DNA of 63,999 nucleotides, filler included, from a bacterium (GCA_040757115.1; 17 parts of 17 records of this genome joined end to end with filler, not necessarily neighbours in it), one strand, 5' to 3'; shown: positions 39,069 through 50,752, counted from the first letter of the whole stretch. Numbers and translations: made by a program. The notes: generated by a model from the letters alone, not told the origin.

Positions 39069-40937
39069 TTACCATTATTAGCCGTGCCGATAATCGTATT
39101 TTGGACACGGAAGAATAAGGATTTAAGTTCTTATGTCTCCATTGGGGCTATTTTTATGTCCTTCCTTATTTCTTGTGCAGTATTCTATTGGGTAATGAAT
39201 AATGGCAAGGCGGCGAATGAACATATTTGCTGGTTTATAACCGGGGCAACCAATATCCAATTGAGTATCGTTATCGACCAGTTATCTGCAATGATGCTGG
39301 TGGTGGTGAGTTTTATCAGTTTGATGATACAGATTTACTCCCGCGGCTATATGCGAGAGTCAGATGGTAAGCATGACCCAGGATTTTCAAGATACTATGC
39401 CTTTCTCTCGCTTTTTACCTTCTCGATGTTAGGGCTGGTATTGAGCAATAATTTCTTACAGATGTATATCTTCTGGGAATTGGTTGGTGTTTGTTCGTAT
39501 TTATTGATTGGTTATTGGTATCATAAGCCCTCGGCGGCTGAGGCGGGTAAAAAGGCATTTATTACCACACGCGTTGGTGATGTCGGGTTTATGATTGGCA
39601 TCTTGCTTTTATTTAAATTAACTGGTAGTTTTGGTTTTGAAGAGATTGGCGAGATAATTAAAGCCGGCAATTTACCTGCTTTACCGGGACTTACCCCGGA
39701 GCAAACCTTGACTATAATTGCGTTGTTAGTTTTCTGCGGTGCGGTAGGCAAATCTGCCCAGTTTCCTTTGCATGTTTGGTTACCGGATGCTATGGAAGGT
39801 CCAACCCCGGTTTCTGCCTTAATCCATGCCGCCACAATGGTTGCCGCAGGCGTCTATTTAGTCGGCAGGCTATTTGGGATGTTTTTTGTCTCTCCAGATG
39901 CCCTTCTGGTAGTTGCCTATATTGGTGGTTTTACCGCTATTTTTGCCGCGACTATTGCCCTGACACAAAACGATATTAAACGCATCATCGCCTATTCAAC
40001 ACTAAGCCAATTAGGCTATATGATGCTGGCACTTGGGGTTTGTGGTTATACCGCCGGGCTATTTCACCTGATGACCCATGCCTTTTTCAAGGCACTTTTG
40101 TTTCTATGTGCCGGCAGTGTTATCCATGCTATCCATACTAATGATATTTGGTCTGCGGGTGGTCTATTTAAACCAATGAAAATTACCGCCACTACTTTTG
40201 TGATTGCCGCACTTTCTCTGGCAGGTATTCCACCTTTAGCTGGATTCTGGAGCAAGGATGAAATACTTATTAGCGTCTTTAATTCCGGTAATATGGTTTT
40301 ATTTTCCTTTGCCATCATCACTGTATTTTTAACGGCATTTTATATCTTCAGGCTTTTCTTTGTTGTCTTTATGGGCAAAATGCATGAAGCCCCACACGCT
40401 CATCACGAACATCATATCCATGAATCACCTGCAGTGATGACTATACCGCTGATACTTTTAGCTATACTTTCTATCGTGGCAGGTCTTATCGGTTCACCCT
40501 TGTGTGGTAATTGGATTGGCAAATTCATTCATTTTGAAGGATTGCATACCAGTCATTCAGGCACTGAAAATATAATGTATCTGGGATTATTTATGGCCTG
40601 TCTGGGGATATTTGTGGCATGGGTAGTTTATGGAGCCAAATGGGTCTCATGTGAAAAAATAGCAAAGGCATTTTATCCATTCTATCAACTATCATTTCAT
40701 AAATACTGGGTAGATGAACTCTATGAGATTATATTTGTTAAGCCGTTACATCGATTTACAAAGTGGACGCTAATTTTTGATTTGCGGGTAATCGATGGTT
40801 TAGTCAATGGTGTCGCCTGGTTTTCACGAGGTCTGGGAATGATATTGAGAATCTTGCAGACAGGCCTGGCACAATCTTATATGCTGGTTATTATTCTTGG
40901 AATTGTATGCTTTTTGGTGTTTAAATTATTTGGATAA
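39069..40937 (+). CDS. nuoL: NADH-quinone oxidoreductase subunit L (5' truncated)
   Basis: WELVGVCSYLLIG, GKSAQFPLHVWLPDAMEGPTPVSALIHAATMV. Confidence 0.95.
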   Translation, partial: LPLLAVPIIVFWTRKNKDLSSYVSIGAIFMSFLISCAVFYWVMNNGKAANEHICWFITGATNIQLSIVIDQLSAMMLVVVSFISLMIQIYSRGYMRESDGKHDPGFSRYYAFLSLFTFSMLGLVLSNNFLQMYIFWELVGVCSYLLIGYWYHKPSAAEAGKKAFITTRVGDVGFMIGILLLFKLTGSFGFEEIGEIIKAGNLPALPGLTPEQTLTIIALLVFCGAVGKSAQFPLHVWLPDAMEGPTPVSALIHAATMVAAGVYLVGRLFGMFFVSPDALLVVAYIGGFTAIFAATIALTQNDIKRIIAYSTLSQLGYMMLALGVCGYTAGLFHLMTHAFFKALLFLCAGSVIHAIHTNDIWSAGGLFKPMKITATTFVIAALSLAGIPPLAGFWSKDEILISVFNSGNMVLFSFAIITVFLTAFYIFRLFFVVFMGKMHEAPHAHHEHHIHESPAVMTIPLILLAILSIVAGLIGSPLCGNWIGKFIHFEGLHTSHSGTENIMYLGLFMACLGIFVAWVVYGAKWVSCEKIAKAFYPFYQLSFHKYWVDELYEIIFVKPLHRFTKWTLIFDLRVIDGLVNGVAWFSRGLGMILRILQTGLAQSYMLVIILGIVCFLVFKLFG

Positions 40938-41250
40938 GGGGGTAATAGGGTTCTGCAAAATAGGATTTGGGGGAGACAACAAATAAATATCAAATATTAA
41001 ATATCAAAATGCAAAATTACAAATCAAATTTCAAATTGGTAATATCTTTGCTTCAAGTATTTTAACGCTGAAAGGGAAGAGATAATTTTACATTTTGATA
41101 TGTAATTTTTATATTTGCTTTTTGCATTTTGCTCTTTGGAGGAAATTGATAAAGAGGTTTTAAATACCCGCTTAAAAACTACAGTTTCTTAGTTTTGCAG
41201 AACTCTAATAAGGGGGGTAAAGATAGAGGTAACTTGCAAAAGGAAGATGT

Positions 41251-42540
41251 ATGAAACTTTTAATAAAAAAGGGGCTTATTTTACAACCCGGGGGTAGAGG
41301 CGTAACTGATGAACTTGATATTTTAATCGAAGACTATAAGGTTAAAAAAATTGATAGAGATATTGTAAATGAAGACGCCTTAATTATAGATGCAAAAAAT
41401 AAATTAGTTGTCCCTGGTCTTATTGATGTCCATGTTCATTTTAGACAACCAGGACAGGAATACAAAGAAAATATTTATACGGGTTCGTGTGCGGCGGTCA
41501 GCGGCGGATTTACTACAGTCATCGCCGAACCTAATACTAATCCCCCAATTGACACGGCTTCACGATTTAAAAATATTTTAGAAATTGCGCGTGAACAAAG
41601 TCTGGTTCATTTCTTTTCAAAGGCTTGTATATCAAAAAGAATGGACGGGAAGATGTTGGTAAATGTTCCCCAATTAAAACAAGCGGGGGCTAAAGCACTT
41701 TCGGATGACGGTCAACCTGTTGCAAGTAATAAATTAATGAGAAACGCCCTTATTAAGGGTAGAGAATATGGTATCCTGGTCAATCCCCATTGTGAAGAAT
41801 CGGAATTATATCGTCAAAGAATGATAGAGAAATTAGGGAGACAGTTTGCATTACTTGAACCATATACCGCCGAGGATAGATTTATTGAGCGTGATATTAA
41901 ATTAGCGGAGGAGACGGACGCAAATATTCATATTTCACATGTTAGTCTTGCGGCATCGGTAGAAAAAATTGCACAAGCAAAAAAACGAGGGGTAAAAATT
42001 ACGGCAGAAGCAACACCACATCACTTTATTCTGTCAAAAGAGAATGAAAAGGAGATAGGGACTAATGCAAAAGTAAATCCTCCACTAAGAGCTAAAGAGG
42101 ATGTAGAAGCAATAAAAGAGGGTTTGTCAAACGGCATAATTGATATTATTGCCAGTGACCATGCTCCTCATACACCGACAGAAAAAACTGTTCCGTGGGA
42201 GCAAGCCCCTTTTGGAATTATTGGTTTAGAAACGACTTTAGGTTTAGTCCTTACTTATTTAGTTAAGCCAGGTATTTTAACGCTCAAACAAGCAATTGAA
42301 AAAATGACTATCTTGCCAGCTAAAATTTTTGGACTTGCAGAGGCTGGATTTGGAAGTCTTACACCAAATATATCTACAGATATAACCATAATAGACTTAG
42401 AGAAAAAATGGAAGGTAGATGTTGATAAATTTTATTCAAAGGGAAGAAACTGCCCCTTTAACGGTTGGGAACTTCAAGGGAAAGCAACCACGGTCATAGT
42501 TAAAGGTCAAGTTATAATGAAAGATGGACATATTTTATAA
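41251..42540 (+). CDS. pyrC: Dihydroorotase
   Basis: PGLIDVHVHFRQPG, KVNPPLR, ASDHAPH, GIIGLET. Confidence 0.93.
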   Translation: MKLLIKKGLILQPGGRGVTDELDILIEDYKVKKIDRDIVNEDALIIDAKNKLVVPGLIDVHVHFRQPGQEYKENIYTGSCAAVSGGFTTVIAEPNTNPPIDTASRFKNILEIAREQSLVHFFSKACISKRMDGKMLVNVPQLKQAGAKALSDDGQPVASNKLMRNALIKGREYGILVNPHCEESELYRQRMIEKLGRQFALLEPYTAEDRFIERDIKLAEETDANIHISHVSLAASVEKIAQAKKRGVKITAEATPHHFILSKENEKEIGTNAKVNPPLRAKEDVEAIKEGLSNGIIDIIASDHAPHTPTEKTVPWEQAPFGIIGLETTLGLVLTYLVKPGILTLKQAIEKMTILPAKIFGLAEAGFGSLTPNISTDITIIDLEKKWKVDVDKFYSKGRNCPFNGWELQGKATTVIVKGQVIMKDGHIL

Positions 42541-42580
42541 CGGTTCAGCCACTGATTAACACGGATTAGCAGGGATAAAT

Positions 42581-42665
42581 AGCAGAGGGCAGAGAGCAGA
42601 GGGCAGAGAGCAGAGGGCAGAGAGCAGAGGGCAGAAGGCAGAGGGCAGAGGGCAGAAGGCAGAGG
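42581..42665. repeat. GCAGAG(G/A) heptamer tandem array inside an element starting at the pyrC stop codon (inverse at 61566-61592)
   Basis: About 12 period-7 units. Confidence 0.85.
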
Positions 42666-42964
42666 ATAACAGGAGGAAAAACCTTCAGCCTAATTACGGA
42701 CACGGATACCGGACACGATTCACGAATTTTCAGTGTTTCATCNNNNNNNNNNNNNNNNNNNNNNNNNNNNNNNNNNNNNNNNNNNNTTAATTAATTAANN
42801 NNNNNNNNNNNNNNNNNNNNNNNNNNNNNNNNNNNNNNNNNNAAAGAATTACAACTACTTTATTTATAAATGGTTATACTCTTGTTCCTCAATAGTTGAG
42901 CATTTTCATTTGACCTAATCTTTAACTCTATATGCTTTAGTCTGTTCTGTAAATTTAGGAATTA

Positions 42965-44125
42965 TCAGAATAATTCTGTACCAAAAATATCACTTTTTTT
43001 ATTTTTAATAAATAGTACTGTAGGATACAGCACGGTACCAGTACTAGTTTGCAATAGCCGGGGAGTATTCCTGAGTTGTTCAGTAATATCAATAGCATCA
43101 CCTCTTTCAATATATGTTTCAATATAATCATTGATTCTTTTAGCCTGGCTATATGATAATTTCGATAATTGGCCTGCATCGTGATGATTCTTAATTAATT
43201 CAGATGAGATCTCTCTTGCTAACCACTCCCCATTATTGGTTGTTACAACCGAGGTTAGCCCAGTGCATGTTCTGCCTGCATTCCATATCATTCTTCGGTA
43301 GAGCATCGCAATATGTTCAGTTTTAGCTTGCTCTGTAAATAAGAATTTTGACCTGCCATAATGAATAAAAAAAGTTTTTTCTATTAAATCAATAGATCTA
43401 TTAATAATTGATTTATAAGACTCTGAAATTAGTATTTGATCACAAATATTAAAAATATTTTTTTGAACTACCTCCTTGCATGGTATGAAACTAATAAAAG
43501 AAGCAAGTAAGGGATTTACTTTAGCTATTGCCTCTATAATAAAGAGATGGGTAAAGGGATCCTCTTTTGCGGGTATTAAAAAAACCGGTCGTTTTTGTGC
43601 AAACGGAATTAGCCAATAAAAACAAATCGTCGGAATATTACCGGGTAAATTAATTATCAGTGACTTACCTGTAGGATAATAGCCGATTCTTTGGCCATTC
43701 TTAATGTAATAATGATGATCTATGCATTCTTCTAAATTGCCTGGCAATTGAATAGCAATTATTTTTCCCAAATTCTCGAGCATACAAGCAATTTCCTCAA
43801 TTTCGATGCTTACAATACTTTTATTTAATCCTGTACTTTCTGACACAAGATCAATATATATTTGTCTTGATACTGGAATTCCATTTATGTTAAAATTCAT
43901 TTTCCTGAATACTTGGGCAGCCTGCTTTAAATCATTCAATATTGTCCGGACAGAAAGCTTTTGCATTGCATAGAATTTATCATCAATAGTTCTTTTTAAT
44001 TCAGAAGTACGTATTATAGGAAATAAGGAAAGTTGAGCAATAACAGTATCATTTACTGAATGAATTTTTTCTCTTTCTAATGAATAAATGAATTCATTGT
44101 TAATCCGCAAAGGTACTTCAAACAT
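42965..44125 (-). CDS. Aldehyde-dehydrogenase-fold acyl reductase (EhpG-like), probably C-terminally truncated
   Basis: LPGNIP, EDPFT, HYGRSK, NAGRTCT (catalytic Cys); ends at GTELF. Confidence 0.7.
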   Translation of the reverse strand: MFEVPLRINNEFIYSLEREKIHSVNDTVIAQLSLFPIIRTSELKRTIDDKFYAMQKLSVRTILNDLKQAAQVFRKMNFNINGIPVSRQIYIDLVSESTGLNKSIVSIEIEEIACMLENLGKIIAIQLPGNLEECIDHHYYIKNGQRIGYYPTGKSLIINLPGNIPTICFYWLIPFAQKRPVFLIPAKEDPFTHLFIIEAIAKVNPLLASFISFIPCKEVVQKNIFNICDQILISESYKSIINRSIDLIEKTFFIHYGRSKFLFTEQAKTEHIAMLYRRMIWNAGRTCTGLTSVVTTNNGEWLAREISSELIKNHHDAGQLSKLSYSQAKRINDYIETYIERGDAIDITEQLRNTPRLLQTSTGTVLYPTVLFIKNKKSDIFGTELF

Positions 44126-44126
44126 T

Positions 44127-45221
44127 TTAATAAACTCCCTCTATTTTCTGTCCTGAAAGCGCCTCGGGGCTTTGAATATCACATAACCAGTCCCAGTTAT
44201 AAATATCTGCCACTTTACCAAATGGTTTAATCCGTATTGCTTTATCTCTTTCAACAAAGCCTGGTATTAATGAATCGGTTGTAAAACGAAAACACCTAAC
44301 ATCCCCCTGTTTACCATAATTAACAATCTTGCCATTTTCATCAATAACATCTAGTACAATATACGGCTGAGAAGGGATGTAGATTACTTTATATTCATCT
44401 TCTTTTTCATATGGTTTCTGAAATGATATGCCGGAAACAGACGTTCCATATATACCCACTACAGGACGTCCCTGGAAAATAACTTCCCGGATGTATTTAT
44501 GTGTGTCTCTAGACATGGCTAATCCTGCGTGACAAACAGCTTCTATTTTATCGAACAATGCTATATCAATATATTGCGGTAATAATTCCAATAAACTGGC
44601 AGTACAGAAAAGCACCCCTATGTTCTGATATTTAATAATCGGCAGCACCTGCTCCCATATATGCTTTATATAATGTGTAACTGCCTCATCATTACCTTCA
44701 TGAATATACTTTCTGACAATTCTCGGATCCATATCAATACAATAAATCATACCGCCACGGGTTTCGGCAAAGGATATCAATAACCTACCTGTAGTATGTG
44801 GTCCAGTTGGTCCAATGAAAAGCCAATTCTTTTTATAAGGAACCTCATGAATATCTAAAAACTCATTTGAAAAATTCAGAATCTGTTGCCAATATTCACT
44901 TCCCCAGTTGCCACGCTTGGCAATACCGGTAGTACCGCCTGTTTCGGATGCCCATATCCATTTCTGTTTTTTTCTTTGTGAAAGAGGTATAAAATCTTCT
45001 AATGGTTTAACTCTGAGGTCATTTTCATATAAAGCCATTTCTTTCCTATTGGGGAAGGATAACTTGTTTCTGAAGTCCTCTAATGTCTTAACTTCTTTAA
45101 GTACATCAATACCCTTATTCTTTTGGTGTTCGAGCCAATATTTTGCTCCAGTTTCTTTGTCATAATGAATAGTTAAAATCTCTCTTAAATACCTTTCATC
45201 GATTTTTCTTAAATAACTCAT
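44127..45221 (-). CDS. EhpF-like adenylate-forming enzyme (phenazine-modification type)
   Basis: HYDKETGAKYW, ETGGTTG, PTGPH, IDMDPR, ERDKAIR and C-terminal IEGVY match recalled EhpF motifs; RBS AAGGAGG. Confidence 0.8.
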   Translation of the reverse strand: MSYLRKIDERYLREILTIHYDKETGAKYWLEHQKNKGIDVLKEVKTLEDFRNKLSFPNRKEMALYENDLRVKPLEDFIPLSQRKKQKWIWASETGGTTGIAKRGNWGSEYWQQILNFSNEFLDIHEVPYKKNWLFIGPTGPHTTGRLLISFAETRGGMIYCIDMDPRIVRKYIHEGNDEAVTHYIKHIWEQVLPIIKYQNIGVLFCTASLLELLPQYIDIALFDKIEAVCHAGLAMSRDTHKYIREVIFQGRPVVGIYGTSVSGISFQKPYEKEDEYKVIYIPSQPYIVLDVIDENGKIVNYGKQGDVRCFRFTTDSLIPGFVERDKAIRIKPFGKVADIYNWDWLCDIQSPEALSGQKIEGVY

Positions 45222-45640
45222 TATTTCCTCCTTTCTTAAAAAATTCGTGCCTTTCACGAAATTCATAACTCCTTGATTAACAAGAAGTTACAAATACGCT
45301 TTTTTCTTATTGCCCTCCTGTTGTATAACCCCTTGATTTTCATAGACTTACAAATCATAGTTTGCTCATTTTTCTTCACTTTTGCCCACTTTAAATAGGA
45401 GTGGAGGGCAATTTTTCAAACCTTTGAATTTTGTGAAAGCTACCACTTTTTAATATCTATAAAATTATCTTCTTTATTTATTTCCATTGACTTAAAAATT
45501 ATAAAATTTTACCTCCTCCCATCAAAATATGCTATAATTGAACCTGCAATCGGCAAGTAGGCTCACCAGAATAGCGTTAACCCCTTGATATATCAGTAGT
45601 TAATCCGTTAAAAAATCTGTAGATTTTTTAACAGAAATGA

Positions 45641-45669
45641 TTGACATTGGCCTCCTTCTATGCTATACT
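45641..45669 (+). promoter_or_regulatory. Sigma70 promoter of the IS1380-like transposase
   Basis: TTGACA-N17-TATACT with an extended -10 TG. Confidence 0.65.
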
Positions 45670-45719
45670 TTAGGTAAGTAATTAATATTACTAAAGTTAA
45701 CATAAAAAGGAGACCAAGT

Positions 45720-46510
45720 ATGATTACTTCTTCAATCCCTCAAATAGATACCCGTCCTCGCCATGAGCGACGGCCAGAAATTATCGCCTTGGAGAAAAGA
45801 AAACGAAAATTGGTTCGCAAACTCAGACCTGTTAATCTCCAGGTTGAATTCGATAATGATACGGGTGTGGCTATTCTTAAACGACAGGAGATTTATTATA
45901 TCTCCTATGGTTATGTAAAAAAGAGTAATAAAAAAGTTCCCTCCGGGTATAGATATAAAGTAGCCACCTTAATATCTCTATCAGAGATAGTCTATTTTCA
46001 GTTATCTTTGTGTTCTTTGTGTCTCCTTTGAGAACTTTGTGTTTAATAATGTAGGTATCCTTATTTAACCACAAACTTTACGAAGTTTTTCACAACACTC
46101 ACAAAGATATAGACTTATAATGTAATGTTCTTTATAAACAGATCCCTTAAAAAGGAACAGGAAGTCTGTTTTAACCGTCGTCCAAAAGTAGCCACACCCT
46201 AATGATACAGTCACCCAATTTGGTAACTTCCATACCGTAGAAACCTTTAAACAAGCTATTGATCTAACAGGTAGCATTAAAAACAACTTCACGCTTTCTA
46301 AACCCATTAACAGCCTTTATTCTGCACCTCAAACATTAGAACATCTGATTGATTGTTGCTGTCTGGGATTATTCCGTTTTGAGCATACGGAAACTTTACG
46401 CTTTGACCCTGGTTATCTTGACCTTAAACAAATCTCATCTTTCCCATCAGAAAAGGTCTTTCGTGATCTTCTCTCTGACTTTCAACCAACGCATATCCAG
46501 GAACTTATCA
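45720..46510 (+). pseudogene. IS1380-like transposase interrupted by a MITE and cut by the contig end
   Basis: Removing 45863-46208 restores ...LQVEFDNDTVTQFGNF...GLFRFEHTETLRFDPGY...FPSEKVFRDLL. Confidence 0.7.
45863..46199. mobile_element. 337-bp MITE with GGGTGTGGCTA TIRs and 9-bp TSD TAATGATAC
   Basis: TSD at 45854-45862 and 46200-46208; about 24-bp imperfect TIR. Confidence 0.9.
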
Positions 46511-46826
46511 NNNNNNNNNNNNNNNNNNNNNNNNNNNNNNNNNNNNNNNNNNNNTTAATTAATTAANNNNNNNNNNNNNNNNNNNNNNNNNNNNNNNNNN
46601 NNNNNNNNNNAAATTTCGGTCAGCCTCTTGACAAAATTAGTATCCTTTTGATAAAATTAATTACTTAATTTTTTTTGTTATTTACCCGGGTGAATTGAAA
46701 CAGTAGGTCCAGGATTTAAGGACAAGGAGTAAGGGGGGTATTTTCTACCTTGCTCATGGAACCTTGAACCTAACACTTCAGAGGGCTAAATAGTTATCTT
46801 TTTTTGATTAATGGAAAGAGAAAAAT

Positions 46827-47777
46827 ATGGATTTTTTCAAAATTATAAACGAAGAAATTAAAGAAATTGAGACTGTCTTAAAAGAAAAGACCTTGTCTGA
46901 TATTGAGTTTTTATTTAATTCCTCATCTTATATTTTAAAATCAGGGGGTAAAAAATTAAGACCGGTTTTACTTGTTCTTTCGGCAAAGGCGTGTAATTTT
47001 AATGGCGGGAAAAGATATATTAATCTTGCCTGTGCATTAGAACTTATTCATACCGCTACACTTATTCACGATGATGTGATTGATGAAGCAAAACTACGAC
47101 GAGGCAAACAAACACTTAATTCTAAATATGATAATAAATTGTCCATACTCCTGGGTGATTATTTGTATAGTAAGGCGGTTGGGTTGATTATCTCAGATGG
47201 CGAGAAAAGAATAATGGAGATAGTGGCAGATACTGTTTCTCAAATATGTGAAGGAGAAATTTTACAAACCTTGAAGGCAAATACATTACCCGGAGAGCAT
47301 GAATATTTGAATATGGTGGAGAAAAAAACCGCAATCTTTTTTTCTACCTGCTGTAAAATTGGGGGATTAATTAGTGGGGTTTCACAACAAACAGTAGATT
47401 CATTAGCTTCTTATGGACTTAATCTGGGCACTGCCTTTCAGATTACAGATGATATATTAGATTTAATCTCAGATGAGGTAAAAACTGGTAAGTCAACGAA
47501 AAATGACCTGTTAAATGGTAAATTTACATTACCAGTAATATATGCCGCAAACTATTCAACCCCAACGGAACTAAAAATTTTAACTAATAGAAGTGAAAAA
47601 GAAAATATCCTGAAGTTAATTAAGAAATATGGGGGGTTGGAATATTCACAAAACAAGGCAAAAAGTTATGTTGATGTAGCTAAACAAACCCTTAATTCAC
47701 TGGATAATAATCAATATAAAGATGCCTTGCTAAACCTGGCAGATTATACTATGGAAAGAGTAGAAAGTAATCAGTAA
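46827..47777 (+). CDS. Long-chain polyprenyl diphosphate synthase (IspB/HepT-like)
   Basis: GGKKLRP, LIHDDVIDEAKLRRG, FQITDDILD. Confidence 0.93.
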   Translation: MDFFKIINEEIKEIETVLKEKTLSDIEFLFNSSSYILKSGGKKLRPVLLVLSAKACNFNGGKRYINLACALELIHTATLIHDDVIDEAKLRRGKQTLNSKYDNKLSILLGDYLYSKAVGLIISDGEKRIMEIVADTVSQICEGEILQTLKANTLPGEHEYLNMVEKKTAIFFSTCCKIGGLISGVSQQTVDSLASYGLNLGTAFQITDDILDLISDEVKTGKSTKNDLLNGKFTLPVIYAANYSTPTELKILTNRSEKENILKLIKKYGGLEYSQNKAKSYVDVAKQTLNSLDNNQYKDALLNLADYTMERVESNQ

Positions 47778-48428
47778 AAATCTGGTAATTGTTTGTCCAT
47801 CTGAAGTGAGAATTAGTATTCTTTGCGTCTTTGCGAGAAATATGAAAGTTTTCTCTGCCTTCTCAGGAATTTAGTTTAATCTATTTTGTGTTTCTTCTCT
47901 GTGTCTTTGTGTCTCTGCGGTTAAATACTACCCCATTGAGACTTATGGATAAGTTTCACAAAAAAATCTTGACAGAAATAAGGTATTATGGTATATTCTT
48001 AAGAACAGCAGACTATTTCTAACTGTGGTTTGTAATTCACCAGTAACAGTAACCGTTGAGGTGGTAATTTACCGCAGAGACACAGAGGAACAGAGAAGAC
48101 ATGGAAATAAATCAGATAACAGAAAAGATTATTGAGGCAATTATGGAAATACACAGGACATCAAAACCAAATTTGTTAATCAATCATGATATGTCGGTCC
48201 TCAAAAGATTGCACTGATGAAAATCCGTGATGGAATTCTGCGTCTGGTAAATAGTTTTTAATTTTTTCTCTGCGAACTCTTTTGTCTGTGCGGTGAACGG
48301 CTACCAATATTTAAATAAAAGAAGGCTTTTGGATAAAAAGTAAGAAGTGGGGAATAATCTGTTGGAGAAGACCAAGTAACACTAAAATTTATCCAAAGGT
48401 ATTGTGAAAGAAAGAGGAGAAAATTAAT

Positions 48429-48785
48429 ATGCTTGAAGATTATACCTGGGTAGCGTTATTTTTAGTCGTGGGAATTGTTTTTGTCGCAGGTGGATTTATT
48501 GCTAACTGGATTGCCAGACCTTCGAATCCATCAGACCGCAAAAGCTCGACTTACGAATGTGGTGAAGAACCTGTCGGCACTTCCTGGATACAATTCAATA
48601 TCAGATACTATTTATTTGCCTTGATTTTTGTTATATTCGATGTTGAGGTTGTATTTTTATTCCCCTGGGCAGTGGTATTTAAGGAACTTGGACTATTTGC
48701 ATTTGTTGAAATGATAATTTTTATCGCTATTCTTGTTATCGGACTTATTTATGCCTGGAGAAAAGGGATATTAAAATGGGAGTAA
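48429..48785 (+). CDS. nuoA: NADH-quinone oxidoreductase subunit A
   Basis: [28 protein letters not shown]. Confidence 0.96.
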   Translation: MLEDYTWVALFLVVGIVFVAGGFIANWIARPSNPSDRKSSTYECGEEPVGTSWIQFNIRYYLFALIFVIFDVEVVFLFPWAVVFKELGLFAFVEMIIFIAILVIGLIYAWRKGILKWE

Positions 48786-48799
48786 AGGAGGAGTTTTAA

Positions 48800-49315
48800 A
48801 TGGGACTACTTGAAAAGACAATGCCCATAGTCGAAAAATTACCCGGTGGACAAATTATTATTGTTCCGGTTGATTTTATAATTAATTGGGCAAGGCGCTC
48901 TTCACTCTGGCCTATGACATTTGGATTGGCTTGTTGTGCCATTGAGATGATGGCGGCGGGTGCCTCTCGATATGATTTAGATAGGTTTGGTGCAGGTGTA
49001 TTCCGTCCCTCACCCAGACAATCTGATGTGATGATTGTTGCCGGCACGGTTACTCATAAAATGGCGACGCGACTTAAATTGCTTTACGACCAGATGCCAG
49101 AACCCAAATGGGTTATCTCAATGGGTAGTTGTGCTAATTCCGGCGGTGTATTTAATACCTATAATGTCGTTCAGGGAGTTGATAAGATAGTTCCTGTAGA
49201 TGTCTATGTTCCGGGTTGTCCTCCAAGACCTGAGGCACTTTTATACGGCTTTTTAAAGTTACAAGATAAGATTAAAAAGATGAGTATAGCAAGGAAAGTA
49301 GAGAGTAGAGAGTAG
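48800..49315 (+). CDS. nuoB: NADH-quinone oxidoreductase subunit B
   Basis: [34 protein letters not shown]. Confidence 0.97.
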   Translation: MGLLEKTMPIVEKLPGGQIIIVPVDFIINWARRSSLWPMTFGLACCAIEMMAAGASRYDLDRFGAGVFRPSPRQSDVMIVAGTVTHKMATRLKLLYDQMPEPKWVISMGSCANSGGVFNTYNVVQGVDKIVPVDVYVPGCPPRPEALLYGFLKLQDKIKKMSIARKVESRE

Positions 49316-49708
49316 AGAGAGGGAAGCGGCTTGCTTTCTTTACTCTCTACTTCCTATTTTCAGGAGAAATGAGGATGAAAATAGTAGGTAGGATATAGAA
49401 GGTAGGAGGGAAGGAGATAGGCGTAAGGAGTAATGTTTTCTTTACTTTCTACTTTCTACTCTCTACTTTCTACTTTCTTATTTTCAGGAGAACGCCCATG
49501 AGTCTGCGACTCACAAATGACGATGAAAATAGTAGGTAGGAGATAGAAGGTGGGAGATAGGGAGATAAGCGTGAGGAGTGGTGTTTTCTTTAGTTTCTAC
49601 TCTCTACTTTCTACTCTCTACTTCCTATTTTCAGGAGAATCTAAAGTCAAATGTTACAGACCACTATTTTGGGCTAATAACTGCTATATGGCAAAATAGA
49701 GGTGAACA

Positions 49709-50086
49709 ATGGGTAGAATTCGACAAATGATAAATGTTCAGGGACGAAATGTATGGACACTTTTTGACTTAGGAGCCCGAAATACTTACATTACTCCTGA
49801 TGTCGCAACACAACTTACTACGATAAATCTTCCTCGCCCTACATATACCAAATTGGGAGGTGAGATGAAGGTGTCTTCACAAGCCGCTGTATTAGTTGGC
49901 GACATCGAAGGAAAACCTTTTCATACGGAAGCTATGGTTATTGACCATATTGGAGATGATGAAGAAGAGAAAAATATCGAAGTCCTATTTGGAGCCCTGG
50001 CAATGCAACAATGGGGGATACGATTGATACCAGAACAAGAAAAACTAGACCTTTCTCATTATTCCACCGAATTTACTGAGTTTTAG
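49709..50086 (+). CDS. Retropepsin-like (clan AA) aspartyl protease-domain protein
   Basis: TLFDLGARNTYI (D[T/S]G-like) and C-terminal VLFGALAM motif. Confidence 0.6.
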   Translation: MGRIRQMINVQGRNVWTLFDLGARNTYITPDVATQLTTINLPRPTYTKLGGEMKVSSQAAVLVGDIEGKPFHTEAMVIDHIGDDEEEKNIEVLFGALAMQQWGIRLIPEQEKLDLSHYSTEFTEF

Positions 50087-50396
50087 ATAAGCAAGTTCGC
50101 TCATCTCTAATTCGTAACCGTTCAGGCTATATATCAAAAGTGCAGGCTATATATCAAAAGTGTAAGAAAGGGGATAAGGAGATAAGAGTGATATGGAGAT
50201 AAGATAATAGAAATAGATTGAAATTTATAGAAATAGGTAGAAATTGATTGTGGAAAACAACAAATTTCNNNNNNNNNNNNNNNNNNNNNNNNNNNNNNNN
50301 NNNNNNNNNNNNTTAATTAATTAANNNNNNNNNNNNNNNNNNNNNNNNNNNNNNNNNNNNNNNNNNNNAAGGAAAAGACAGCGAATCAAAGTTTTT

Positions 50397-50528
50397 GTCT
50401 AACCCTGCGTTGCAGTTGACGGCGGGGGACTGTGCCGTGGTCAGAGTTTTGTGGTCTCTCAAAGTTTTATCTTGCTATCAAACTTTTGTGGTAATTCTCC
50501 CCGCCGCACCTGAACTTTATCGTTAGAC
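50397..50528 (+). mobile_element. Integron attC site 1 (132 bp)
   Basis: GTCTAAC...GTTAGAC with internal dyad; near-identical to 51283 and 53036. Confidence 0.85.
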
Positions 50529-50680
50529 AACCTTAAAAGTTGAAAAAAGAGACAAAGAATGTTAAATTTCTTTCGTTCTATTTTGAAAATAACAGAGTTA
50601 ATCATGGCAGAAAAGGAGGTGGAATTATCTTAAATTTTGATGCCAAACTCTTTTGGTATAAAATAACGAAAAACATAAAA

Positions 50681-50737
50681 GTCTAACAACTCGTTGGAGC
50701 GGACGGCTAAAGCCGCCACTGAACTCTATCGTTAGAC
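50681..50737 (+). mobile_element. attC site 2 (57 bp)
   Basis: GTCTAACAACTCGTTGGAGCGGACGGC...GCCGCCACTGAACTCTATCGTTAGAC. Confidence 0.9.
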
Positions 50738-50752
50738 TTAAAGGAGAAAAAA

